Shown here one piece after another: positions 1 through 7,268 of a stretch of DNA of 64,000 nt. The DNA is from a virus: positions 1-64,000 of the IMG/VR virus record IMGVR_UViG_3300023179_000040. One strand, 5' to 3'. The position numbers and the translations under genes were made by a program. The notes beneath the pieces were generated by a model. It worked only from the letters and a program-made list of their open reading frames with translations, did no database searches and was not told the DNA's origin. Within the stretch, counting starts at the first letter, position 1; the number at the start of each line of letters is the position of its first letter.

Positions 1-200
1 GCAACAGCCCGATCACGCTGGGAACGAATCTTACGCATTATACGCAAAAAAGTTTCGTCTGTCAACTCTTCGATAGCCTTCGCCTTGATTGTGACAGGGA
101 CATTATAAAATTGAGGATCCTCAGTGATAGCAACAGTATTTACTACTAAATTATAGATATCTTCATAAACCTTATCACTATCAGTCTTAGCCAATTTCAT
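1..200 (-). CDS. Early hypothetical protein (partial, runs off window start)
   Basis: ATG at 200-198 overlaps the stop of the upstream ORF (TAATG). Frame MKLAKTDSDKVYEDIYNLVVNTVAITEDPQF... stays open to the window edge. Confidence 0.6.
   Translation of the reverse strand, partial: MKLAKTDSDKVYEDIYNLVVNTVAITEDPQFYNVPVTIKAKAIEELTDETFLRIMRKIRSQRDRAV
37..65 (-). promoter_or_regulatory. sigma70-type promoter (perfect consensus)
   Basis: Reverse complement reads TTGACA-N17-TATAAT. It lies inside the partial ORF and points out of the window. Confidence 0.65.
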
Positions 201-358
201 TATTCCACCTCAAAGATTTCATAAATCCCACACTTAGGACTCATACCATTCTCATCAAAATCCTTCTCTTGACGAACCCACTCCCTAGCATCTTCTATAT
301 CGTCAAAATCAAAGGTCGTACTTGACCCATTTTCAGTTCTAATCACACGATAGACCAT
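200..358 (-). CDS. Small early hypothetical protein (MVYRVIRTENG...)
   Basis: Track ORF 200..409 begins inside the promoter. The ATG at 358 has an AGAGAGGT RBS. Confidence 0.7.
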   Translation of the reverse strand: MVYRVIRTENGSSTTFDFDDIEDAREWVRQEKDFDENGMSPKCGIYEIFEVE

Positions 359-380
359 ACAGACCTCTCTTTCTGCACCA

Positions 381-409
381 ATCATATCATAATAAGGACT
401 ACTTGTCAA
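381..409 (-). promoter_or_regulatory. sigma70-type early promoter
   Basis: TTGACA-N17-TATGAT on the minus strand, upstream of ATG 358. Confidence 0.7.
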
Positions 410-457
410 GACCCTCTATTCTGGCTGACTATCGCCCATTACCGCAAATCCGTAGGA

Positions 458-619
458 TTAGGAAGGACAGACCACTCGTTCCACCAAAATATACTTACCG
501 TATTTTTCTTGTGCTTTTCTCAGAGCGTCAATTTCGCTCATGGCAACTACATATCCCACGAACCGGTTGTTCTGGAAAACTCGCCACGAAATACCCGAAT
601 AACAAAATGCAGTATTCAT
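458..619 (-). CDS. Small early hypothetical protein, probably leaderless
   Basis: MNTAFCYSG... The ATG at 619 lies 6 nt downstream of the -10 box (626-631) and has no RBS. Confidence 0.6.
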   Translation of the reverse strand: MNTAFCYSGISWRVFQNNRFVGYVVAMSEIDALRKAQEKYGKYILVERVVCPS

Positions 620-625
620 AGAGTT

Positions 626-752
626 ATTGTACCCTATTATCGGCAAGAGTCAAGAGAAAACTTTAGATTGTTCGTAAAGTATTGAGACATAAGGAGTTAG
701 ATCAAATTTTCGGGCGCTCCCTAGCCCTAAGTGCTGCCGTAGCAACAACTTA
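626..752 (-). promoter_or_regulatory. Composite early element A (promoter plus twin 25-bp palindromic boxes)
   Basis: TTGACT-CTTGCCGATAATAGGG-TACAAT (653-626). Boxes at 675-699 (TAA AGTA TTG AGACA TAA GGAG TTA) and 728-752 (TAA GTGC TGC CGTAG CAA CAAC TTA), 53 bp apart. Confidence 0.85.
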
Positions 753-782
753 GGGTGAGGGTTTCGACCGACAATCAAATTT

Positions 783-1190
783 TTAGAGAACCATTGCAGC
801 CACAGTACGGAACAGATGGTTGCTCAGTGGAAGCCTACGCACATTCCGAGTCCGTTCTGCGTAGAAGTTGCGGATACTACCATCCGTCATTTCGCACGTA
901 ACAAGATGCTTGGTACGCTTGAAGTTTGGATCATTAGCACGATACCGACTGCGAGCATTGAGTCTACGAATCTGGAAATCATCCAGCGTATACACAGGCT
1001 CAATAACCTTAGCAAGAACACGCTCCGGATCACCATGATACGGTTGTTCGTATTCAAAATTATATACTTCGCCAACCTTTGCAGAAGCCAGCGAACCAGC
1101 CACACCACGCAATGAATTGAAGACCATATACGTGATAGCAGTAACCAGACCAACGACAGCAACCAGACCAAAAATCATTTCATTCGACAT
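783..1190 (-). CDS. Membrane-anchored protein with possible WYL/SH3-like domain
   Basis: ATG 1190 with GAAAGGG RBS. N-terminal hydrophobic helix (MIFGLVAVVGLVTAITYMVF). The F.Y...G...R...HLVTCE...SIRNFYAER pattern resembles WYL. Confidence 0.55.
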   Translation of the reverse strand: MSNEMIFGLVAVVGLVTAITYMVFNSLRGVAGSLASAKVGEVYNFEYEQPYHGDPERVLAKVIEPVYTLDDFQIRRLNARSRYRANDPNFKRTKHLVTCEMTDGSIRNFYAERTRNVRRLPLSNHLFRTVAAMVL

Positions 1191-1232
1191 AAAAACCCTT
1201 TCAGTTAGAAAACCCTCAATCAACATACCACA

Positions 1233-1261
1233 AGTCTACAGTAAGTATCGACAAAAGTCAA
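1233..1261 (-). promoter_or_regulatory. sigma70-type early promoter with CGAT spacer motif (no twin boxes)
   Basis: TTGACT-TTTGTCGATACTTACTG-TAGACT. Confidence 0.75.
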
Positions 1262-1545
1262 GAGCGGACTTGAGAAAAATTTTCTTCCCAGAAACCTTGC
1301 AATTCCGTCAGGCTCACGGCACTATCATTCCACGCCACACCATCGGGAGTCTGGAATGCGATAGGACGGTACACAGATGAAATTTTGCCAGCATGAAATT
1401 CTTCTACGGTATTCACTTCCTTCAAAGTTTCAGTGAACGAACCGTAATCGCCACAATGGGCCGCAAGTTCATTCAGACCTTCATCATTACTAATCCACAG
1501 GCAAACGTTCCATGTCTCGTAATTAGCGTAACCGTTGTAACTCAT
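1258..1545 (-). CDS. Conserved phage hypothetical protein (YNGYANYETWNVCLWISND motif)
   Basis: Own promoter and GGGAG RBS. The NGxxNYETW..xLWxxND motif recurs in phage early proteins (recalled, not searched). Confidence 0.75.
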   Translation of the reverse strand: MSYNGYANYETWNVCLWISNDEGLNELAAHCGDYGSFTETLKEVNTVEEFHAGKISSVYRPIAFQTPDGVAWNDSAVSLTELQGFWEENFSQVRS

Positions 1546-1569
1546 GATTCTCCCTTTCGTGATACTCTA

Positions 1570-1705
1570 ATCGTATCATACTTATCGGAACAAGTCAAGA
1601 AAAATCTTTAGAAAAATTTTTTAGACGTAAAGTGTTTATACATAAGGACTTACGACGAACCCGGCGCCGCCCGCTCGCCCTAAGTGCTTACGCAGTAAGG
1701 GTTTG
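1570..1705 (-). promoter_or_regulatory. Composite early element B
   Basis: TTGACT-TGTTCCGATAAGTATGA-TACGAT (1598-1570). Boxes at 1628-1652 and 1681-1705, 53 bp apart. Confidence 0.85.
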
Positions 1706-1714
1706 CGGTAGGTT

Positions 1715-2008
1715 TTATTCGAAGTCTACGAAAATAACCTGATGGTATCCTCGCGGCTTAATGGTCAGGCTATCACCATAATCGTATGTATCAGCCTTTA
1801 CACCAGTCATACCCGCCAGAAACTTGGCCTTTCGTACAATGTTACGCTGAGACGCTTCGCTATTAATAGCAAACTCGTAACGATTAGCCCAAGAGTAGTT
1901 AGCCTCACCACCAAACGTATCGGTCTGCGTAACGGTAACCTTCATCATCTTATTATTCCTATTAGTAAAGTAACTGTTGATCCAATTTTTGATATGTTCA
2001 GTTTTCAT
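1715..2008 (-). CDS. Early hypothetical protein (TDTFGGEANYSW motif)
   Basis: ORF coupled to the upstream gene by a TGATG overlap. Its stop lies 10 nt from box 2 of element B. Confidence 0.7.
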   Translation of the reverse strand: MKTEHIKNWINSYFTNRNNKMMKVTVTQTDTFGGEANYSWANRYEFAINSEASQRNIVRKAKFLAGMTGVKADTYDYGDSLTIKPRGYHQVIFVDFE

Positions 2009-2262
2009 CAGTAATCATCACCCGATTCATAGTGTTCATAGTATTCATCAACACCCCATCCGCAGGAACCGAATGCAGATTCAGCATCCCCATCCATACT
2101 ATCATCATACGAATCATCCCAAGATTCATCGGTCGTTTCCTCATTCGTATCTTCATAAAAGTCATTGTAATCATCATAGTTCAACGCATCAACATCATCG
2201 GCGTAGTTCATATCATCCTCATAAGCGTTATCGGGATCGAACAAGGGATCGGGGTGACTCAT
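2008..2262 (-). CDS. Extremely acidic protein, candidate DNA mimic
   Basis: 84 aa with no Lys or Arg, very rich in Asp/Glu/Tyr. AAGGAG RBS. Confidence 0.65.
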   Translation of the reverse strand: MSHPDPLFDPDNAYEDDMNYADDVDALNYDDYNDFYEDTNEETTDESWDDSYDDSMDGDAESAFGSCGWGVDEYYEHYESGDDY

Positions 2263-2285
2263 TTAGTTTCTCCTTTTATCTAATC

Positions 2286-2468
2286 CTACCACACCAAATC
2301 GTTCGCGTCAAGAGGCTCGGGATACATTTCATCCCACAAGCCCGTAACTTCTGCATAATCAAACGGACTGCAATCGCTAGCGTCAATCGGCTCGGCCATA
2401 GGTTCAAGAATGTTGTTCTCGGCCATCTCGTTCAGAATCCGGTTTATTTCATCAAGATCGTGCAGCAT
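2286..2468 (-). CDS. Small acidic early protein
   Basis: AAGGAG RBS, directly downstream of element C promoter. Confidence 0.7.
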   Translation of the reverse strand: MLHDLDEINRILNEMAENNILEPMAEPIDASDCSPFDYAEVTGLWDEMYPEPLDANDLVW

Positions 2469-2493
2469 GATCTTTTCTCCTTGTGATGCTCTG

Positions 2494-2638
2494 AGTCTAC
2501 ACTAATTATCGACCATGTCAAGCCCTCTCTATAGAAAATCTCTAAAAAAATTTTTTTCTGTAAGTCTATGCTAGATAAGCACTTACGTCGCGGCGGGCGG
2601 CGCGGCCTTGCTCTAAGTCTTTTAGAGTCAAGGCTTTA
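2494..2638 (-). promoter_or_regulatory. Composite early element C
   Basis: TTGACA-TGGTCGATAATTAGTG-TAGACT (2521-2494). Boxes at 2561-2585 and 2614-2638, 53 bp apart, with a very GC-rich spacer. Confidence 0.85.
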
Positions 2639-2640
2639 CG

Positions 2641-2949
2641 TCAACCCACAACCATACCATCCATAAACGGATAGGATTTGTCGTTGATTTTCACGAACCA
2701 TTCGAAATTCTTTTGATAAACATAACGCGGGCTATACTGATTAATCCGATCCTTAGTGGTCAAGGTTTGCCAGCCACCACTATTCAGCGTATATGTACCA
2801 TCCTCATGAATCTTTACCACATAGGTACTGTGCAGCATAATCCCTACACTACCATCATGGAGAATTTCAGCGTAAGTATTATTACCAACCTTGCGACGAT
2901 TGGCATTACGCTTGCCACGAACCATACTAACCGCTTCGGAATGATTCAT
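2641..2949 (-). CDS. Conserved phage hypothetical protein (LNSGGWQTLTTKDRIN motif)
   Basis: 102-aa ORF with TAATG coupling. Its stop is 2 nt from box 2 of element C. Confidence 0.75.
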   Translation of the reverse strand: MNHSEAVSMVRGKRNANRRKVGNNTYAEILHDGSVGIMLHSTYVVKIHEDGTYTLNSGGWQTLTTKDRINQYSPRYVYQKNFEWFVKINDKSYPFMDGMVVG

Positions 2950-3098
2950 TACTTAGTTTCCTTTTTCTTGGACTCAACCATCTCACGATACAGATTTTCC
3001 AGAAATCGAACCTGAGCCAACGCACGACCAGTTTCTTGCTTCATGCGAGTTTGGGTCTTTTGGTACTCGCTAACCGGCTTTCTCTTGGTTTTCATCAT
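2949..3098 (-). CDS. Small basic early protein (MMKTKRKP...)
   Basis: ATG 3098 with AGGAG RBS. The track start at 3143 is the -35 box. Confidence 0.65.
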   Translation of the reverse strand: MMKTKRKPVSEYQKTQTRMKQETGRALAQVRFLENLYREMVESKKKETK

Positions 3099-3114
3099 CT
3101 TTCTCCTGCGATTG

Positions 3115-3253
3115 ATTCTACAGTATAGATCGGCAAGAGTCAAATATAATCTTTAGAAGATTTTTATTTTGTTCCTAAGTCGTTGATATATAAGGAGTTA
3201 CGTCAAATTTTGCGGCGCAAATTTTCCCTAAGTGCTTATGCACCAAGGGTTTG
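3115..3253 (-). promoter_or_regulatory. Composite early element D
   Basis: TTGACT-CTTGCCGATCTATACTG-TAGAAT (3143-3115). Boxes at 3176-3200 (TAA GTCG TTG ATATA TAA GGAG TTA) and 3229-3253, 53 bp apart. Confidence 0.85.
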
Positions 3254-3396
3254 CGTCTCTTTTCGCCATCTCTTTTTCAACTTTTTTGCAAGATGCTTGA
3301 TTCGATTCATGATAGCAGCCCGCTGTAACGGATGCTGCACAGTGGACAAACGTATCTGTTCGATTCGCAGGATATCTTGAAGTACTCGTGTTTTCA

Positions 3397-3768
3397 TCAC
3401 TCGCCTTTCCAAGCAAACGGGGAAACTTCCTCACCACAAGCCAGAATCGCAGCGTATTGAGAAGCCAAAGCCTCTTTACGCTCTTGTGAACCCGGCTTGC
3501 CAACCTTTACGATCATGGTGTCATCACCACCCACAAATCGAGGATCGACGTTTTCCTTCTTACGCTTTCCGAGATTCTTGAGAGCCTTACGGTTGAACTT
3601 CAACACCTTTTCGCTCACAACGTAGCGACCATGATCCTGTACACCGTACACATAGTCCACATCTTCCACAACTCTCGAGTCAGGAACCGGAACCACCATG
3701 GGAATAGCGATTCCTTTGAAGACCATACGGGCTTGACGCTTTGCATTTTCGATAATCGGAAACTTCAT
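3397..3768 (-). CDS. Early hypothetical protein (MKFPIIENAK...)
   Basis: ATG 3768 with GGAGAAAG RBS, downstream of the promoter at 3795-3823. Confidence 0.7.
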   Translation of the reverse strand: MKFPIIENAKRQARMVFKGIAIPMVVPVPDSRVVEDVDYVYGVQDHGRYVVSEKVLKFNRKALKNLGKRKKENVDPRFVGGDDTMIVKVGKPGSQERKEALASQYAAILACGEEVSPFAWKGE

Positions 3769-3794
3769 TTTTCTTTCTCCTGTTGAGTGATGGT

Positions 3795-3823
3795 ATTCTA
3801 GCAAAATTTCAGGAAGCGGTCAA
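3795..3823 (-). promoter_or_regulatory. sigma70-type promoter
   Basis: TTGACC-N17-TAGAAT. Confidence 0.6.
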
Positions 3824-4045
3824 CTCCATTTCCTCGATCATTTCCGTGAACGGAATCATCCTGGAAACGAGCGTCTGCTCAGTATTGTCATCATGGAAGA
3901 ACGTTTGAACACTACCATTGTCTAGATACACAGTGAGTTGGTATCCACACGGAGCAGCAAACCCGCCATTTGCACGGGAAACACGCATATCCTTTTCTCC
4001 TAGGAATCGGACAACAACTTTTTCAACCATTTCTTTGGTAATCAT
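3809..4045 (-). CDS. Early hypothetical protein
   Basis: 78-aa ORF directly downstream of the element E promoter, with a purine-rich RBS. Confidence 0.7.
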   Translation of the reverse strand: MITKEMVEKVVVRFLGEKDMRVSRANGGFAAPCGYQLTVYLDNGSVQTFFHDDNTEQTLVSRMIPFTEMIEEMELTAS

Positions 4046-4069
4046 GTCTTTCTCTCTTTCTTATGAGCA

Positions 4070-4270
4070 ATTCTACCATAATCATCGGCAAAAGTCAAGC
4101 ATAATCTTTAGGAAATTTTTAAGTCCTTATTTTTCAATACTTTACGTCAAGTGCGGTCAAAATGGACACTTGGAATCGCGAGAAATCGATCATAAACCAT
4201 TGTCAGATAAAGAGTTACGTCAAATTTTGCGGCGCCGCCTTGTCATAAGTGCTTAAACAGCAAGGCTTTG
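4070..4270 (-). promoter_or_regulatory. Composite early element E (three boxes)
   Basis: TTGACT-TTTGCCGATGATTATGG-TAGAAT (4098-4070). Boxes at 4120-4144, 4193-4217 and 4246-4270 (73 and 53 bp steps). Confidence 0.85.
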
Positions 4271-4272
4271 CG

Positions 4273-4350
4273 TCAACTATTTACAATCCATGCCGCTATA
4301 CATCCGATCACAAATGAACAAAACAACACAACCCTTTCACTCTTCGTCAT
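4273..4350 (-). CDS. 25-aa membrane peptide
   Basis: MTKSERVVLFCSFVIGCIAAWIVNS*, hand-translated. Stop is 2 nt from element E box. Confidence 0.45.
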   Translation of the reverse strand: MTKSERVVLFCSFVIGCIAAWIVNS

Positions 4351-4462
4351 GTTTTCTATAATCCTTTGATGGATAAACCAAATCGGACACAAACCAACTA
4401 CAAGTAATACCAACAACAAAACCCACCATCATCCAAAACCATTCTATATTAATATCGGCCAT
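4337..4462 (-). CDS. 41-aa membrane peptide
   Basis: MADINIEWFWMMVGFVVGITCSWFVSDLVYPSKDYRKHDEE*, hand-translated. Confidence 0.5.
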   Translation of the reverse strand: MADINIEWFWMMVGFVVGITCSWFVSDLVYPSKDYRKHDEE

Positions 4463-4480
4463 CCCTAGCCACTTTCTTAA

Positions 4481-4573
4481 TTAAATATCTTCAGCCACAC
4501 GCAAAAGAGCCATTATAATACCACCAATAATGATAATTGGTATAAAGCATATAATGATCATAACTCCGATCAT
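4481..4573 (-). CDS. 30-aa membrane peptide
   Basis: MIGVMIIICFIPIIIIGGIIMALLRVAEDI*, with an ATGA overlap on the upstream stop. Confidence 0.5.
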   Translation of the reverse strand: MIGVMIIICFIPIIIIGGIIMALLRVAEDI

Positions 4574-4770
4574 ACAGCCCTCAACTCTTCTAAAGAAACA
4601 GTACGAACATACTTCTTATTCTCATCAACTTCATATACAGAGCAATCATACTGGAATAACAAAGTATTGCGGATATCTCTTTCCCAAACAACCTTTGCTT
4701 CAGCAATAGTATCGTAAAGTCTATAGTCCTGAATGAAACCATCAAACGCTAATGCAAACTTATTCATCAT
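4570..4770 (-). CDS. Early hypothetical protein (MMNKFALAF...)
   Basis: ATG 4770 with AGGAG RBS; within track ORF 4570..4803. Confidence 0.65.
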   Translation of the reverse strand: MMNKFALAFDGFIQDYRLYDTIAEAKVVWERDIRNTLLFQYDCSVYEVDENKKYVRTVSLEELRAV

Positions 4771-4777
4771 GTTACTC

Positions 4778-4933
4778 CTAACCAAACATCTCATATTCTT
4801 CATCGGTCAACACTACTTCATCTGGACGATAGCAGTTGTTACCATATAAATCACGATTCTTAGGACGCTTTTCCCATTCATCCATAAACCGATTATACTC
4901 TTCAATCCTACGCAGTTCTTCATCACCTTTCAC
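4778..4933 (-). CDS. 51-aa acidic early protein
   Basis: GTG start after a GAGAGA RBS: VKGDEELRRIEEYNRFMDEWEKRPKNRDLYGNNCYRPDEVVLTDEEYEMFG*. First gene after the element F promoter. Confidence 0.55.
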   Translation of the reverse strand: MKGDEELRRIEEYNRFMDEWEKRPKNRDLYGNNCYRPDEVVLTDEEYEMFG

Positions 4934-4961
4934 TCTCTCTTTCTCTACTTCTTATATCGGT

Positions 4962-5100
4962 ATTTTAGCAGACAATACTTTAGCTGTCAAGCGGAAAATT
5001 TCCTTTCAATGCTGTTAGGCTGTAAGGTCTTGCTGCATAATGAGTTACGTCAAATTTTGCGGCGCCAATCCGCTTTAAGTCTTTGCCCTATAAGAGTTTA
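4962..5100 (-). promoter_or_regulatory. Composite early element F
   Basis: TTGACA-N17-TAAAAT (4990-4962). Boxes at 5023-5047 and 5076-5100, 53 bp apart. Confidence 0.8.
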
Positions 5101-5107
5101 TAAATAC

Positions 5108-5257
5108 TTAGAGAATCGTACCATCACCACGAATCCGATACATGATACCACCGATACTGTACAGATAGATACCCTCGCCCATATTACGCACAAACGTGGC
5201 CGAATAACCGTGGCGAGCAACTAACCGGCGAACAACGTTTTGAACTTGAATGGTCAT
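5108..5257 (-). CDS. 49-aa early protein
   Basis: MTIQVQNVVRRLVARHGYSATFVRNMGEGIYLYSIGGIMYRIRGDGTIL*, with AAAGGA RBS. Lies between elements G and F. Confidence 0.65.
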   Translation of the reverse strand: MTIQVQNVVRRLVARHGYSATFVRNMGEGIYLYSIGGIMYRIRGDGTIL

Positions 5258-5287
5258 TTCTTTTTCCTTTTCCCTTGTGATGCTCTT

Positions 5288-5425
5288 ATTCTACAGATAT
5301 TTATCGGCAAGTCAATAGGGTATCCATAAATTTTTTTAGATTTTCTATAAATCCTTATCCATACAGCACTTACATCAAATTTTTGGTAGCAAATACGATC
5401 CAAGTCTTTGCTATATAAGTACTTA
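5288..5425 (-). promoter_or_regulatory. Composite early element G
   Basis: TTGACT-TGCCGATAAATATCTG-TAGAAT (5315-5288). Boxes at 5348-5372 and 5401-5425, 53 bp apart. Confidence 0.8.
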
Positions 5426-5543
5426 GGGGGTTTTTTTGTTTAACTTGCCCATTTTAACATTTTTCCAAAAATCGCAAGGAGATACAGAAATAGTAAGGAC
5501 ACTTTTATTGAAAATGTACTAGCTAAACTTCTCTATTAGCGCA

Positions 5544-6260
5544 TTAATTATCCCAGAAATATTCTTTTCCATCAGGTCCTATATGCCAAGGTTCTTTTTT
5601 TTCTCCGTCTCTTAAAAATCCATAAAACACGACACGTTGTTTCTTTATAAAATCTACAAATGTCATATCAAACGGCATTTGGCCATTAGTAATTTTATGC
5701 AATATGCATAGCTCCGCCAATTCCGTATCACTATACTTCATATAGTTGACTCTTAAAAACTCTCGAAACTCTATACCATATATAGAATCCTCACTTAACC
5801 TTCTAAGGGTTTGTTCGGGTTGTAGGCCGCCCCTATATAAGCCCCAACGAAATCTCATAGTTGTTAATCTGTCAGGAGTTAATTCTGCATCAAATTTTAT
5901 ATTTATAAGATGACATAGCTCCGCATCAATATATTGATCTAGATGTTTTTCTATAAATTGATATATAGGATCTTGAGTATAGCTTTGATCTTTTAATATA
6001 GGCTGTGGACTACCTAGCCTATAAATAACACTGTCTCTAACTGAAATATTAAATTTTGTTAAACATAATTCTTGAATTTGATTTTTATTATGAGTATCTA
6101 AAAGCCCCACAATAAAATCTTTAATAGTCTTATCATATATATTTTTACCACTACGTTCTCTGATAATATGATTATATTTTTCTCTTAAATTTAACTCTTT
6201 TTCCCAGTAATATACAGGGCTATTAGCTATAGGATATTTCCAACCAAATATCTCTGACAA
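5544..6260 (-). CDS. Helical-repeat (HTH-like) protein, possibly the frameshifted C-terminus of the upstream endonuclease
   Basis: TTG start overlapping the upstream gene. Repeated D.EL.(H/E)L...K(F/I) units. Confidence 0.5.
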   Translation of the reverse strand: MSEIFGWKYPIANSPVYYWEKELNLREKYNHIIRERSGKNIYDKTIKDFIVGLLDTHNKNQIQELCLTKFNISVRDSVIYRLGSPQPILKDQSYTQDPIYQFIEKHLDQYIDAELCHLINIKFDAELTPDRLTTMRFRWGLYRGGLQPEQTLRRLSEDSIYGIEFREFLRVNYMKYSDTELAELCILHKITNGQMPFDMTFVDFIKKQRVVFYGFLRDGEKKEPWHIGPDGKEYFWDN

Positions 6261-7207
6261 TTTTTGAATATCCCCATATGCTCAACCCACTCATTCTCAA
6301 ACAACACAGGAAAATCGCCCCTTTTATCTAGAGCATTATCCCTATGGCTCCCACTCGCTAAATGATCAGGATTATAACACTTTTTGTTATTGCATAAATG
6401 TCTGATTAATTCAGGATATTCTCCATGTTTTTCCCAGTATGCTATACGATGTTTGTTTAATGTTTTGGTTACATTGTTTTCTGTTATTTTTATGCGTCCA
6501 TAGCCACTTTTATGTACACAAATACTTTCTTTACAAGGAGTGTTGTTATATATACTATTATGATTCAAATGATAATTAGTATTATATCCAGGCATAGACA
6601 ATGCTTTAATTAACCATGGCTCTATATCATCTTTTTTTATTGGTTTCCATGTGTTTAATAAACTAGAGCTAGCCCACTTATTCAGATAGTGAGACTCTCT
6701 TTGCATAATTGCTTTTTCTTCACACTTTTCAATAATAGCGTACTTAACTGTATAGCTCGAATCATTATAGAATTGTTGTAATTGTTGATTATAATGATTA
6801 TTACTTATTAAATCTTTCTGATGATATCTTAATCTATCCCCAATACTAACACTACTACCAATATAAACTCGAATATCATTCATTAATTTATGCTTATTTG
6901 AGTTATGTATATCATATTTCCACGTAAAATATATTGCGTATATACCACTAATATCCTTAATTTTGCTAAAATTTTCGGATTCGATAGTTTCCCACAACGA
7001 TATTTGACTGGGATCTATTACGCTTTCGGTATTTCTACGTTTTTTTAGAGAGCTTAAACTACTTTTAGTAATATTATATTTTTTTAATATGTCACTAGAA
7101 TTCATTCCGTTTTTATAATCTTGAATTAATTCTCTTTCTTGACATCCATTTAATATAACTTTTATTTTACGTTTTTTAGTATCTATACTACCTTTGGGTC
7201 TTGGCAT
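6227..7207 (-). CDS. Homing endonuclease with both GIY-YIG and HNH domains
   Basis: SGIYAIY...VYIGSS...RLRYH...NHYNQQLQ (GIY-YIG), then GYGRI...HRIAY...IRHLCNNKKCYNPDHL...N (HNH). N-terminal PRPKG plus HTH. Confidence 0.8.
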   Translation of the reverse strand: MPRPKGSIDTKKRKIKVILNGCQERELIQDYKNGMNSSDILKKYNITKSSLSSLKKRRNTESVIDPSQISLWETIESENFSKIKDISGIYAIYFTWKYDIHNSNKHKLMNDIRVYIGSSVSIGDRLRYHQKDLISNNHYNQQLQQFYNDSSYTVKYAIIEKCEEKAIMQRESHYLNKWASSSLLNTWKPIKKDDIEPWLIKALSMPGYNTNYHLNHNSIYNNTPCKESICVHKSGYGRIKITENNVTKTLNKHRIAYWEKHGEYPELIRHLCNNKKCYNPDHLASGSHRDNALDKRGDFPVLFENEWVEHMGIFKNCQRYLVGNIL

Positions 7208-7230
7208 TGTAAGTTCTGTTTATATAGTAA

Positions 7231-7268
7231 ACAACAAAAGGCAAGGGCCATCAAAGACCCCGCCCTTG
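7231..7268 (-). terminator. Probable intrinsic terminator
   Basis: Reverse complement CAAGGGC...GCCCTTG hairpin followed by a U-rich tail, after the 7290 gene. Confidence 0.4.

Noticed and set aside
3228-3503. 91-aa minus-strand ORF
   Set aside because: It overlaps the 3397 gene out of frame and runs into element D box 2. A shorter gene in 3255-3395 cannot be excluded, but I cannot support one.
403-5224. Plus-strand ORFs in the early region (403, 816, 1117, 1393, 1742, 1977, 2032, 2713, 3183, 3918, 4836, 5009)
   Set aside because: They lie antisense to genes with clear promoters and RBSs, or run across the repeat elements.
626-5425. Early-region repeats as a CRISPR array
   Set aside because: The repeats are degenerate, the intervals are hundreds of bp and contain genes with RBSs, and no cas genes are present.
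675-5425. Boxes as XerCD dif/pdif sites
   Set aside because: dif is 11-6-11 with inner ...ATAA-N6-TTAT.... These boxes have inner TT-N7-AA and lack the XerD arm TTATGTTAAAT.
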